Under the pieces are notes generated by a model, which did no database searches, was not told where the DNA came from, and saw nothing but the letters and a program-made list of their open reading frames with translations. Of a DNA stretch of 64,000 bases, positions 13,193 to 26,034 are shown in pieces. The position numbers were made by a program, and so were the translations under genes. Source of the stretch: Podarcis erhardii (taxonomy: Eukaryota); the NCBI GenBank assembly GCA_964252035.1, contig OZ176207.1; one strand, written 5' to 3'. Position 1 is the stretch's first letter; each line of letters starts with the position of its first letter.

Positions 13193-13271
13193 CTTGAGAG
13201 AGAGGGAGAAAAATAAAAATAAAGAAACTGCCCAGGCACTGAAAAGCTTGAAGGCAAAAAAGTATTGTTTT

Positions 13272-13490
13272 GAGATCCAGTGTGGTTTAGTGGTTAGAGT
13301 ATCAGACTAGGGCCTGGGAGACCAGGGTTCAAATCCCCACTTGGCCATGAGGTTCACTGGGTGGCCTTGGGTTAGTCACTGCCTCTCAGCCTAACCTACC
13401 TCACAGGGTTGTTCTGGGGATTAAATGAAAAGGGAGGAAGCCATGTATACCACCTTGAGCTGCTTGGATAAAAACATGGGATAAAAATAC
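13272..13490 (+). mobile_element. tRNA-derived CORE/MIR-like SINE (Squam-type), antisense, about 80 nt from the exon 2 acceptor
   Basis: A-box GTGGTTTAGTGG, B-box GGTTCAAATCC, core GGCCTTGGGTTAGTCACTGCCTCTCAGCCTAACCTACCTCACAGGGTTG. Confidence 0.75.
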
Positions 13491-13494
13491 AGTA

Positions 13495-16400
13495 CAGTGG
13501 TACCTTGGGTTAAGTACTTAATTCGTTCTGGAGATCCATACTTAACCTGAAGCTGTTCTTTTTTTATATAATATTTATTAAATTTTTGTTTAACAATAAA
13601 GATATATAAAAAAAACATACCAAATTCAGATATCCTCATTTCATAAACATCCTTGGACTTCCTCACGCCTCTTGTTCCTACTCTCTAAACTCATAAGTTT
13701 TACCAGCAAATTATTAACTTAATTTAATTTATCTATTAAAATTTCCCAATATTCAAATCTCAAATTTAATCTTTTAAGTTTCTCTTGTCAAAGATTGATT
13801 ATAAAGTACCATTTATCCACAATTTATCTTATTTTTCAATTACATTAACTTTTACACATATAAATTATTAATTTGTTGGAGCCCTGATGTTACAGATCCT
13901 ACATTTTTCTTAACATTCATACAGTTTACAATGCTTTTGTAGATAGTCTTTAAACTTCTTCCAGTTCTCCTCCTCCAATTCTTCTCCCTGGTTTCGGATT
14001 CTGCCAGTCATCTCATCCAGCTCCATATAGTCCATCAGTTGCATCTGCCATTCTTCCAGTGTGGGCAAATCTTGAGTTTTCCAGCCCTTAGCAATGAGTA
14101 TCCTTGCTGCTGTTGTGGCATACATAAAAAAAGTTTGATCCTTCTTTTGCACACTCTGGCCGACAATGCCCAGGAGGAAGGCCTCTGGTTTCTTAAGAAA
14201 GGTGTACTTAAATACCTTTTTCAGCTCGTTGTATATCATTTCCCAGAAAGCCTTCACTCTAGGGCACGTCCACCAGAGGTGAAAGAATGTTCCTTCAGCC
14301 TCTTTACACTTCCAACATTTATTATCAGGCAAATGATATATCTTTGCAAGCTTGACTGGGGTCATGTACCACCTGTATATCATTTTCATAATGTTTTCTT
14401 TCAGGGTATTACATGCCGTAAATTTCATACCGGTGGTCCATAACTTTTCCCAGTCAGCAAACATGATGTTGTACCCTATGTCCTGTGCCCATTTTATCAT
14501 AGCTGATTTGACCGTTTCATCCTGTGTATTCCATTTTAGCAGCAAATTATACATTCTTGAAAGTGTCTTAGAGCTGGGTTCTAACAGTTCTGTTTCTAAC
14601 TTTGATTTTTCCACCTGGAATCCTAATTTTTTATCTGACTTAAAGACTTCTTTAATCTGAGCATAATGTAACCAATTTCACACTTTCCCTTTTAGTTTCT
14701 CCATACTCTGCAGTCTCCAGTTGTCACCGTCTTTTTCTATTATTTCCCAATATTTCGGCCATTTGGCCTCCATATTGAGTCTTTTCAGGGCCTTAGCCTC
14801 CATTGGTGATAGCCACCTTGGGGTTTTGTTTTCCAATAAGTCCTTATATTTTGACCAGACATTAAACACTGCTTTTCTGACAACATGGTTCTTGAAAGCC
14901 TTATGTATTTTAACCTTGTCATACCACAGATATGCATGCCAACCAAACGCATTATTAAATCCTTCCAAATCTAAAACATCAGTGTTTTCAAGAAGTAGCC
15001 AATCTTTCAACCAGCAAAAGGCTGCTGATTCATAATACAACTTTAAGTCTGGCAGGGCAAAGCCCCCTCTTCCTTTAGCATCAGTTAATATCTTAAACTT
15101 AATTCTGGGCTTTTTGCCCTGCCAGACAAATTTAGAAATATCTTGTTGCCACCTCCCAAAACACTCCATTTTGTCCACTATTTGCAAAGTTTGAAATAAG
15201 AACAACATCTTTGGCAATACATTCATCTTGACAGCAGCAATACGTCCTGACACGGAAAGTTTCAATCTTGACCAGACATCTAGGTCTTTTTTAATTTCAG
15301 ACCAACATTTTTCATAATTATCTTTAAATAAATTTCTGTTCTTCGCTGTTATATTTACCCCTAGATATTTGACTTTTTTGACCACATTTAATTCTGTCTC
15401 TTTCTGAAACCTTTCTGACTCTGAAGAAGTCAAATTTTCCCCCAAAACCTTAGTTTCTTGTTTATTAAGTTTAAATCCTGCCGCTCGACCAAATTCCTGA
15501 ATCAGTTGCAGTACCCTTTTAGTACTAGGCTCTGGCTCCTGTAGGGTCAAAACTAGGTCATCTGCAAATGCTTTCAGTTTATATTGTTTCTCTCCGACCT
15601 GGATACCTTCCACCAACCGGTCTCCTCTAATCATATTCAAGAGCACTTCCAGGACCGAAATAAATAATAGAGGGGATATAGGGCAACCTTGTCGTGTTCC
15701 TTTCTCAATTCTGAACTCTTCTGTCACCACATTGTTAACTATCAATTTTGCTTTTTGCTCTGAATAAATTGCCTCTATCCCATTATGAAACCCCCGCCCC
15801 ACTCCCATTCCTTCCAAATTTTTCTTCATGAACTTCCAAGAGATGTTGTCAAAGGCCTTCTCCGCATCTATAAAGATTAAAACAGCTTTTGTATTAATAT
15901 TTGTTTGCAAAAGTTCCAAAATGTCAATAATGTTCCTTGTGTTGGCAAACAAATGTCTACCTGGGAGAAAGCCTGCTTGGTCCTTATGAATTACTTCATT
16001 TAGTACTTTTTAAAATCTTCTTGCTAAAATGTCTGCAAATATTTTATAATCCACGTTTAAAAGGGAGATGGGGCGGTAATTCCTGAGTTGCGTCTTTTCA
16101 GATTCTAGTTTGGGTATCAATGTGATGAAAGCTTCTTTCCACGACTCCGGTGCCTTTTCCCCTTCCATAATTTCATTGCAAACCTCCATTAATGGATGCA
16201 TCAAATAGTCTTTCAATATCTTATAATATTTGGAGGTAAGCCCATCTGGCCCTGGGGACTTGCCCAGTTGCATGTTCTGAATGGCCTCCTCAATTTCTAA
16301 TTGTGTTATTTTATAATTCAGGATTGTTCTGTTCTTAAGAGACAAAATAATTTACATGAAAGGACAATATTTATTTTAAACAGAGCTCAATGGGTAACCA

Positions 16401-16607
16401 TGGTATCCGAGTGCATCCAGAGGGGGAGGGAAAGAGGGGGGTGGGCCAGGTGTGAATTCAATCAACGGCACTCCCACACTCCCAGAGCACGATTTCTGTT
16501 CTCATCCTGAAGCAAAGTTCTTAACCTGAAGCATTATTTCTGGGTTAGCGGAGTCTGTAACCTGAAGCGTATGTAACCTGAAGCATATGTAACCCGAGGT
16601 ACCACTG
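13495..16607. mobile_element. TA-targeting pogo/Tigger-like MITE interrupted by L1 (left part 13495-13560, right part 16329-16607)
   Basis: TA|CAGTGGTACC ... GGTACCACTG|TA ends. Both halves match the reverse complement of the intact copy at 19568-19809. Confidence 0.85.
13561..16328 (-). mobile_element. 5'-truncated L1 (LINE-1 clade), 2768 bp, ORF2 RT plus C-terminal zinc knuckle, young
   Basis: The three ORF-track segments (16010-16345, 14678-15952, 13910-14614) are in one frame separated by two point stops. RT motifs GTRQGCPISP and AFADD; CWKC...HLWWTC. About 350-nt 3'UTR with AATAAA. 8-bp TSD CTGTTCTT (13553-13560, 16329-16336) at a TTCTT/AA endonuclease-type site. Confidence 0.95.
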
Positions 16608-16685
16608 TAGGTAAATGAGTAAATAACCATGTTAGTCTATAGCAGCAAAAATATGTTTAAAAATAAATAAAACATATTATTATAA

Positions 16686-16748
16686 TTCACTTTGTACTAC
16701 TGACAGCAATATCAAATTATATTATTGCTGTCAGTAGTACAAAGTGAA
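16686..16748. repeat. Perfect inverted repeat, 26-bp stem with 11-nt loop
   Basis: TTCACTTTGTACTACTGACAGCAATA / TATTGCTGTCAGTAGTACAAAGTGAA are exact reverse complements. Confidence 0.95.
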
Positions 16749-18644
16749 CTGAGAAGGTGGCACAGTACCCCACTGATTGCAGTAAAGTTAACAAGATGAG
16801 AACTGAAGAATACAAATGCATGTCTCAAGAGAGTTTCAAACATGAATATAATAATTTATTGGCGAAACATGGTAATAGGGGGAAACCATGTATTAAAAGG
16901 GGGGGGGGTAATGAACTGTAATGTGATAAATGGAAGGCTGAAGCTACCCTCAGTCAAGTACAGACACTTTTTCCATAGCGTAAGCACCAAGTGAGATTTT
17001 CTCCCAAATAAACATGACTTGTATTAGAACGATAAGCATATGGACCATTTTTTTATCCAGTTGTGGTTAGGCAGCAATGGTTGAGGTAGCTTCCACAATC
17101 TCATTACTCTTTTGTTACCCTGGTGTCCCAGGCTTCATAATCACACACTCTTGAGTGGGGGACAACGACACACAATTGTTCAAGTCTCACCTCCAAGTAT
17201 TTTATGCATGATGTGAAAAAAAGTAGAAAAACAGAAGCCAAACTATGTATATATGTTGTAAGGGACAGCCTAGTCAGGGGTGAGGAACTTCAGGCCAGCA
17301 AACCAAACACATTCCTAGACCATGGGACTCTCTCCAGGCCACACACCTCAGTGGTTTTACTTCACAGCCACCTTGACGGTTTTAACTTGGCTGGAATATG
17401 CCCTTGATCTCTGACTCTTGCTTGCTGAACAGAGTATAGAAAGTAACCTACTTAACAAAGGTAGAATTTTAACTTATGAGAACCTTAGGCTGAAGAAGGT
17501 TCCTCACACTTGGCCTTTTGTTGTTGTTTAGTTGTTTAGTCAATAGGTGCTCACACAGAGCAGAGATCTGCTATGGGGCACCAACAGAAGATATGCATTT
17601 GTGCAGTACAAACATGGCCTCTGTTTGCATGACTTTACAACATCAGGTAGGAACACTGACAGCCAGATGCTGAATATTGAAATCAACCTATATTTGAAAT
17701 TGATGGTCTAGATAACCGTACTAGGGATGCAGTTGATCTTTAAACCAGCAATGTCGCTGGAATCCTAAGGAGAGATATTTTTCATATCTCTGCATGCCTT
17801 TTATGATATATACCGTACTTATCTTCTAAGACAGTTAAGATGTATACTATATCATAAATTAGGAACAAGACAGAATAAGTAGATAGCTTTAGCAGCATGA
17901 CAAATGTGGAAGAGCTTACAGGAGCCCTATCAATTTATGAGAGGTGCCTGGGGCATCAATGATGGAAAGGTGCAATACAGACACAAACTTCCTAACTGTT
18001 AATCATCTTCTCTTATGTGGCCAGAACATTTTCTCTCTCCCTCTCTCTGGTTTGTGTCTGTTGTCCTTCATCACAGTTTTTATAAGAAACCATCTAATTC
18101 TACAACAGAGGTTTTCATACAGTGGAATTGTGGTAGGTGACTGCTTCCTTCTCCTACAACATAATAATATTATTGGCTTGTATTCTGAGAAACACAAGAA
18201 GGGAAATCATGGAAGGGCCTTTCCTCCCCACCCCCTTGCAGGCACCAGTGCCCTCCCCCAAAATCCACTTCAGGGGATCAGGGCATGGGGAGCAGGACAA
18301 TGGTGGTTCCTGAGAGGGGGTGGAATGCGTAACCCTTGTTCATTTCACACTATTATTAATTCTTATGAAAACATAAAATATTCTTGCTCTATCAGTTCAA
18401 CATGTTTACAAAACATTTGCCTGCGTAGATGCTCAATGCTTATTTTTCCAAATGTGTTAGGGTGCAGTCCTAAATTATATTTTCTATTTGTTGTAACTCA
18501 CCCTGGGACCTCATGGTGAAGGGCGGGTGATAAATCATATAAACAAGCAAGCAAATAATAAAATGGGGCTGGGGGCTGACTGTGGTTGATCTGCCTCATC
18601 TAGTGGCCTGCCCGGTTCTCTCCAGCAGGGCAGAAGTTAAGATA

Positions 18645-18685
18645 GAGTCTGTAACCTGAAGTGTATGTAACCCGATGTACCACTG
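18645..18685. mobile_element. Terminal fragment of the same TA-MITE family
   Basis: GAGTCTGTAACCTGAAGTGTATGTAACCCGATGTACCACTG|TA. Confidence 0.7.
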
Positions 18686-19567
18686 TATTGTCAAGGAAGC
18701 AGGGGGGAAACAGAGAGGGTGGTAAAGAGAGTGAGAAATTGAGTGCTCATAAACTTTTGGTTCATGCTCTGTCCATTGCTGACATAACCCTCCCCCAACA
18801 GATTGCCCTCAATAGAATGTGGCCCCAAACACAAAAAAAGATTACCCACTCTTGTTTCTCTTCAAGCATCCTTCCCATTGCACCCCCAAACAGCAATCTA
18901 TTTCAATTCCATAGGAGAGAAAAGTCCTTTTCTAATATAACACATACATCATGCTATAATCCAGATTGTTGTGGGGCATGTTGATGCTAACACACTTGTG
19001 TCTAACACATTTGAACCCACTGTTCTTGGGGTTGCACTGCACCTGGGGTTGTTTCCTGCTACTCAGTCATATTTTATCCTGATTTGCTTCTGATGAACTG
19101 GTCAGATAAAGTTCTAAAACAACTCCTCTACAGAGTTTGGCAGTTTCCTTTGCAAATTATCATTGCAAATACTGTATAACTCTTAACATGGCAACACACA
19201 CAAACTCCCATTGAAGCACGTTTTATGACATTTAAGAGCCTGGCTATAGCTAACAGAATTTTAATGTATTTTGAGTGCCTGCCAAATTTGATAATTCCAG
19301 TATGATAGTTTGTACATTTTCTGCAGTCTGATATTGGCTTACGTTGATGGTTGTGTCTATAAAGAAGACGCCTGTTCTAAAATGCTTCAGGAAAGCTTTA
19401 AGAGAAGGGGGCTATTCAAATTGTGATATAGCTGTAATTTCATTTGGTGCTTCCAAAAATACTAATTAAGTACTCTTCCATTGTCTCCTGAGACAGGCAG
19501 ATGCCAACCACTACTTCAGTACCTCTGTACTTTCATTCCATTGAAATAATTGTAAACGTTATCATTA

Positions 19568-19809
19568 CAGTAGTACCTCAGGTTACATACGCTTCAGGTT
19601 ACATATGCTTCAGGTTACAGACTCTGCTAACCCAGAAACAGTGCTTCAGGTTAAGAACTTTGCTTCAGGATGAGAACAGAAATTGTGCTCCAACGGCGCG
19701 GCAGCAGCAGGAGGCCCCATTAGCTAAAGTGGTGCTTCAGGTTAAGAACAGTTTCAGGTTAAGAACGGACCTCCAGAAAGAATAAAGTACTTAACCCGAG
19801 GTACCACTG
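19568..19809. mobile_element. Intact TA-targeting MITE (242 bp)
   Basis: TA|CAGTAGTACCTC ... GAGGTACCACTG|TA, with internal GCTTCAGGTTA subrepeats. Confidence 0.9.
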
Positions 19810-20813
19810 TACAACTTTCTTATACTATTCAGATTTTTTCAGAATAATATATTTATAAAAAGAAATAAAGAATCAAGATTCCATGAAGCAAGAGAGATTG
19901 AGATCCATTTTTCATCCAGGATTTTATAAGTTTTCGTGGAAATCCAAGATATCAGCAGAACAGAGAGCAGGGGAGGAAGGGAGGAAAGAAGTAACGGACA
20001 AACCTGGTTAAATTTTGTTTTATGGAAATTTTTACGGGTTGATGTTTTTATTATGTTTTTAGCTATGTTGTAAGCCGCCCAGAGTAGCTGGGGAATCCCA
20101 GCCAGATGGGTGGGGCATAAATAATAAAATTGTTGTTGTTTATAAAAATCCTGCGTTCTGGATGAATGCTAGAACTACTTTTTTATCTATCTCTCTCTCT
20201 CTCTCTATTGGCTTGCTTAAAATTACAGCCTTGGATAATCCTCGTTTTCTTGTGCAATGTAATTCCTTCTGGGACACCATATCCATTTTATTTTATTTCT
20301 AAACAATTTACAATTAAACACATCCAGCCTATGTTTTGCATCTGCCAGTAAGAAAAATAAATCCTGTATTCTGCACACCTGGATGAATTTTAAAAACCAG
20401 CTTATTTTTAAAATATCCCTATTTTTATAGTGATTTATGAAAAGCAACAACCTTAGATAATCCACATTTTATTTTCAACCTATTCCTCGTGAACAGCTCA
20501 AAATGAAAAGGTGATTCCATGCTGTGCCTTTTCAGAGAGCAGCTTCCACAGGGAAATATATATTACTGAGATGCTTTGGCTTTTCCAGATGTATGGTAAA
20601 TAATCTAGGATAAGAGGTGGGAATGCTGCCAGCTTCTCAGTTAAAACCTTTTCCTAAGTGTGCTTGTTTGCCTGGGTGAAGGATGGAGTGATGGAGGGGA
20701 TACATAGAAAAATGTGTTTTTTGCATGGCTGGAATGCGTCCCAATGTACAAAGGTAACAGCCATATTCATTTATCTGCCCACCTTTTCCTCTGCCCTCAC
20801 CCACCACTGGCAT

Positions 20814-21250
20814 TGTCAGGGAACTGCCATCAGAGCCAAGGGTGGAGGTAAGGCTCCCCAATGAGGCTGGAGAGGGAACCAGCAAGGAGAGAGGGGGAGC
20901 TTCTGCTGGGGAAGGAGATAGGCGTGACGCTAGGAAGAAAGGGGAGGCTGAGGGAGCTTCGGAGGGAGGGCTCCGAGACTGTTCTAGCGAGACCAGCGGG
21001 GAGAGCACAGAACCTCCGCTTGGGACGCCCACTCTGCGCAGAAAGCTTCCGCGCAGGGAGGCTAGGCGGAGACTTGGTGTCAAAGAACTTTTATGTTGGA
21101 AAAAGTTCAGGAAACGCCCACTGACGGATTCTGCCAGTGATTGAGACAGCCACGGAGTAGAGGCTGTCCAGCCGGGGGAAAGTTTTAACCAAACAACTCA
21201 GCTTGCCGCAGTTTGCGGGTTACGCACAAGCAACCCCAACCCCCATTACA
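20814..21250. mobile_element. Solo LTR (437 bp), probably Gypsy-type
   Basis: TGTCA...TTACA termini; perfect 5-bp TSD GGCAT (20809-20813, 21251-21255); GC/CpG-rich relative to flanks. Confidence 0.85.
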
Positions 21251-24200
21251 GGCATGCAGGCCCCAGAAGACTGCTCACAAGGAAATGTGGACCTTAGGTT
21301 GAAAAAGCTCTCTCACCTGCCACCTCGCACTACATGAATCTGCCTAAATTATAAGGCCGCCTTCTTGAGAAAAGGCATACCCAGTTCTAGCAATCTGCGT
21401 ATGGAATGCTTCCCCCCCCCCCCAGTTTTTCCTTGTGTCAAATCCCAAGACTTTCTGGTCCCAGGTGAATACTTTTCATTTGGCTGTGCTTTTTATCTTG
21501 TTTATTAGATCCATTTTGCTGCTACTGCTGTTTTATCCTGCATTGCTCCTTTTTATGTAATTGTTGAGGTTTGATTCCTAACACTGGTCTGGCTTGAAGA
21601 GGTGGGGAAATTCCACAAATGTATACTCCTAGTTAGTTATACAACAAAACTCTGTTTTATCTCACTCAATGGCACAATATTTCATTCATGACCCACCAAG
21701 AGCCCAATACAGCTCACTCTCCACCTCCATAATCACCACACTGTCAGCTGTGTAGTTGTATGCAGTGTAAGTAACTGAATTTGCTCACAGTATTTTTTTG
21801 TTTTTTGTCTGTGAGCACAGAATGTGTCCACGTATTGCTCCTGCTCTTTCTGATAGGTATTGTGAGGTCATGGAAGTGGGATGACCCATTTCTTTCTGAG
21901 GCACAGCAAGACTTGTCCAACCATATAAAGAAAAATATCTTACCCCAAACACATTTGCCAGCTGTTAACTGCAAACCTTAAAGACACATTTCTTTCCCTG
22001 TTATTCTTAAGGAGCAGACAAAAAGGAAGCAAACATAATTTCCTGGCTGTAGTGGGGGGGGGGAGGAGTTCACCCTGAGAACAAAGGAGGGTGGAGACCT
22101 CAACACGCTTTTTGTTCCTATGAAACAGATTTAAATGGTCCCTGGACTGACAATGCGCTGCTTCTGAGAACTGAGCTTCTATCTGATTACTGTGAGATAC
22201 ACAATCTTAGCAGATAAATGGAATAAAGAAATCTCACGTGGAGATGCAGAAACAAGGCCAAAATTTATCTCCATAGGAGTACAATAGCATTAGAACAGCT
22301 TATTGTGTGTTTCAGTGAAGACTGTTACTTAAAAGAGACAACAAGTGGCTGCAGGGTAAAGTGTAGTCTCTTCCCTCAAAAGATATTTTTTAGAGAGAAC
22401 AGTATATGCCTGAAACATTCTGATAGTTTTTTGGTATTACTGCGCTGATGCCATTTTAATACACAGGTGCTAATGGCCAGATATTGCTCAGAGTAACTTT
22501 CTGCCACATTTATGTCCAATCAGAATTGTCAACATTAACTTAGTCTGCTATTCCCGCTCACAACAGCTGTTTTCACTGAGATACACAGATGTTGGCACCA
22601 GAAATTTCTAATGCCCTTTTAAGGGTCAAGCTAGATGTTACCTTGGAAAACATGTTGTTGCAGCCCCATATTTGTGGGTAGGAACACGGCCACATACAGA
22701 GGAGGATTGGTCATCAGGTAGGAATGTGGGAAGGTGGATGCACCCCCAGGCATCCCCAACCTTCGTCATGTGGACTCACTTCTGGTTTTGGAAACTGGCT
22801 AGGGAAAAACATTCAAATCTGCTCGGATGAGAAACATTTGCAAACGAGAATCAGTAGGCTGAGGGGAAATGATTTTCCCCTCCAAGAGCCCTATATTAGC
22901 ATTATGAGGAAAAAAATGTGTATGTTTCTTTCATAACATCTAGTCTGGCCTGATGAGTATTACAGACTAAACAGAAATGTTGCAGATAAGGTTTAGGACC
23001 CCAAGTGATGTAGCATTTGGTGCTTATACCAAAACTGTTTTGAACAGAACAGTAAGCACATTTATGTGGAGATGGACCCAAAGAAATATGGGAAACTGCT
23101 TTTTAGGAAGTCAGATTATTGGTCCATCAAGTCTACTATTTTCTACTCTTGGTTGGTAGAGGCTTTTGGGGGTATCAGGTCCCAGGGAAGTCACATGGAT
23201 AGCCACTTTCAATGTGAGTAAGTGCACTCTCACAATCACTTCAAAATGTCTATAGCACCACAAAAATGACACACAATATTCCATTTGACTCATATGACAT
23301 CACAGTCAGGAGACATTGATTTGGCTGATCCGCTCTTACAGAAAAGAATGACAAGGCAATGAACAAAGCTTGATCAATGCTGAAGCAGTAGGTTAATTCT
23401 TTTAACAGCATGTGAAGCTGCATAATGCACATGCCAATTGACTTAATTAATATCAAGCTAAGATATATCCCATCTTAAGCCATCTGTGAAAATAAGTATT
23501 TCATATCTATTTAGATGCAAGCTGGTAGCCAAACAAAAAGTGTTCAGGGATTTCAACCGTGCTGTATGGGCACTTGCAATATAATACATAGCTCTGAATT
23601 ACTGTAAGAAATAATTGCTACCTGGTTCAAATATCATAATGGTTTTTCCATGCAGAAGTTCATGCCAAAGCATGTTTTCAATATATATGGTTTTAAAATT
23701 ATTGTAATCCATGTATCGCAGGAAAAAAATCCCTGCAATACATGGAATGTCAAGAGTCATTGATAAATCATAGTCGTCATGCTCTGTATTGATGCCATGA
23801 GAGAGGATGGTGACTGTTCCAGTCCCTTGGCAAAGAAAAGATTTGCTCGGAGGTGTTTCTTCTCTTTGAACTACTGTATATTTTGAGCACAAAATTAAAT
23901 TTTCTTCTGAAATATTTTGCATACGTTTTATCACATTTTATTTCTCTCTATATAAATTTTACTTGCAATCCTACTGCCAGGATGCTGTCATCAGCTCCCA
24001 GATGGCTGCCCAGGAAAGTATAAAGAAAAGGAAAGTTTCTTACTGTCCTTTTTATTTCAGTCTTTACAGAGAGAGGCTATAGAACCCAGCGTCTTGGATA
24101 ATGGCATTATCCAAAGTGAATCTCTACCCGCCTGCCCCCATCTCTCTCACTTCCTTATTCATCACTTCTATGGGTGCTGCTAAGTGCCCTCTGTATTTGA

Positions 24201-24586
24201 GCACTTTGCTTTCCTAATTTAACACTTGCTAGGTTCTGAGAGATGGAGGGTCTGGAATGCTTTCTTATGACAGCGTGTCAGCCAGCTGCTCCGGTTCTGC
24301 CTGCTGTTCCTCTCCCATTATTTTCTGAGCTGTGACCTTCTGCAAACCACTGTTGTAAATCTATACTGTCTTCCTCTTCCTGCTTCGTAGCAGGATCAGA
24401 AGGGGGTCTCCACCATTTCCCCTCTGCCCAGTCCTTTACCTTACCTGATAGTAAGCCCCACAGATCTCAATGGGCTTTTTGAGTAGACAAGTATAGGATT
24501 GTGCTGTTTGTTATCCTTAAACTAAATTGCCATTAAGTACCAAAAAATATTTTTCATAATGAATTTTGTAATTAATAAAATCTCAA

Positions 24587-24941
24587 TAAGGTAAAAGGTA
24601 AAGGTACCCCTGCCCGTACGGGCCAGTCGTGTCCGAACTCTAGGGTTACGTGCTCATCTCGCTTAAGAGGCCGGAAGACACTTCTGGGTCACATGGCCAG
24701 CGTGACGAAGCTGCAGCTGGTGAGCCAGCACCAGCGCCGCACACGGAAATGCCGTTAACTTCCCGCTATAAAGCAGTACCTATTTATCTACTTGCACTTA
24801 AGGGTGCTTTCGAACTGCTAGGTGGGCAGGAGCTGAGACCGAACGACGGGAGCTCACCCCGCCGCAGGGATTCGAACCGCCGACCTTATGATCAGCAAGT
24901 CCTAGGCACTGAGGTTTTACCCACAGCGCCACCCGCATCCC
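24587..24941 (-). mobile_element. Full-length Sauria SINE, variant subfamily
   Basis: Head-to-tail complete; TSD AAAATCTCAA (24577-24586, 24945-24954); diagnostic GGTACCCCTGCCCGTACGGGCCAGTC. Confidence 0.93.
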
Positions 24942-26034
24942 TCAAAAATCTCAACTACTGTTTAATACTTGCTTTATGACTGAGATGAACTTTTGATTGT
25001 TAGAGATGCATTCTAGTCCTTTAAGAGTACTCAGTAATGGCTCTTCTTCATGTGTGAATAAGAAAATATTTCTCCTTGTGCCTTCTCTGGTGTGTTGTAA
25101 ACAGCTCTCCCGTCATGTCATATTTTAGATCCCACATATTTTAGATCCCAGTCCTATATATATACATGGAACCCATTCATTTCAGTGGAACTCATTTCTA
25201 TGCAATGGATCTTTAAAAGTGCATGGTTAGTTTTGCAAATTCAGCATGGTTATTTAATTTTGTATAGTAGAAGTGGCAGTGCAATGCCAGTTGAGAGGAA
25301 GGGAAAGAGAAAGATTCCAATTAGCGAAAAAATGATGAAAGCTTCATTGAGTCTTGTGTACAAATTGTTCTGCATACCTCTAGTGAGTAACTGTATCATG
25401 GCCAATATGCTTAGCTAGGATGGAAATATTGCACTTTAGTCTGAATGATTCAGCACTTTTTCTTTTTCTCTCACCAATTATCTTCATACTCTGGCAAACT
25501 GATTAAAATTCTTGTACAACCATGAAATGTTTAACCAAATTTGGAACAATTATTCAGCAAGTCTTTTTGAATATCAAGTATCAGTCTTAAATTTAATAAG
25601 ACTTGTGCCCAAACTAGAAGTTTGTGCACTCTCAGATGTACAGACAGACCTCTTCTGTGCCCAGATTTGGGAGGGAGGGGGCACCCAATTAACATTTGTA
25701 TTTGTTTGCATGCATGAATGGGGTTCAGTTATCAATGGAAATGCAAGGCTTATGGCTGACAGAATAGCTTGTATGCCTCCATAAACAATTTCTGAACATT
25801 AGCCTGTATTTCTCGTCTCTTTTTAGCTGAATCTTCAACAGCAGCAAGCAGCTCTCATTTAAATGTTGCTACCCTACTAACTTGATAATCTTTGTTTCTT
25901 GCAAAATTTGTATCAAGGCTTCCCCAACCAATCTTTGTTTTAATTCCCTATTGGCATTTAAATCAGTACCTTGAGCTATGATAACAAAGCATGCAAGTGA
26001 CACAGAAATAAATGTGGTTGGTTTATGGCTTTTC

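Noticed and set aside
14039-15035. Plus-strand ORFs of 102-134 aa
   Set aside because: Antisense frames of the L1 ORF2.
17944-18519. 191-aa ORF (GTG start) and the 111-aa ORF at 23599-23934
   Set aside because: No domain signature and no splice-consistent partner exons; the first partly overlaps repeat-derived sequence.
19568-19809. Regularly spaced GCTTCAGGTTA repeats resembling a CRISPR-like array
   Set aside because: Internal subrepeats of a TIR-bounded eukaryotic MITE; irregular short spacers, no cas genes, vertebrate context.
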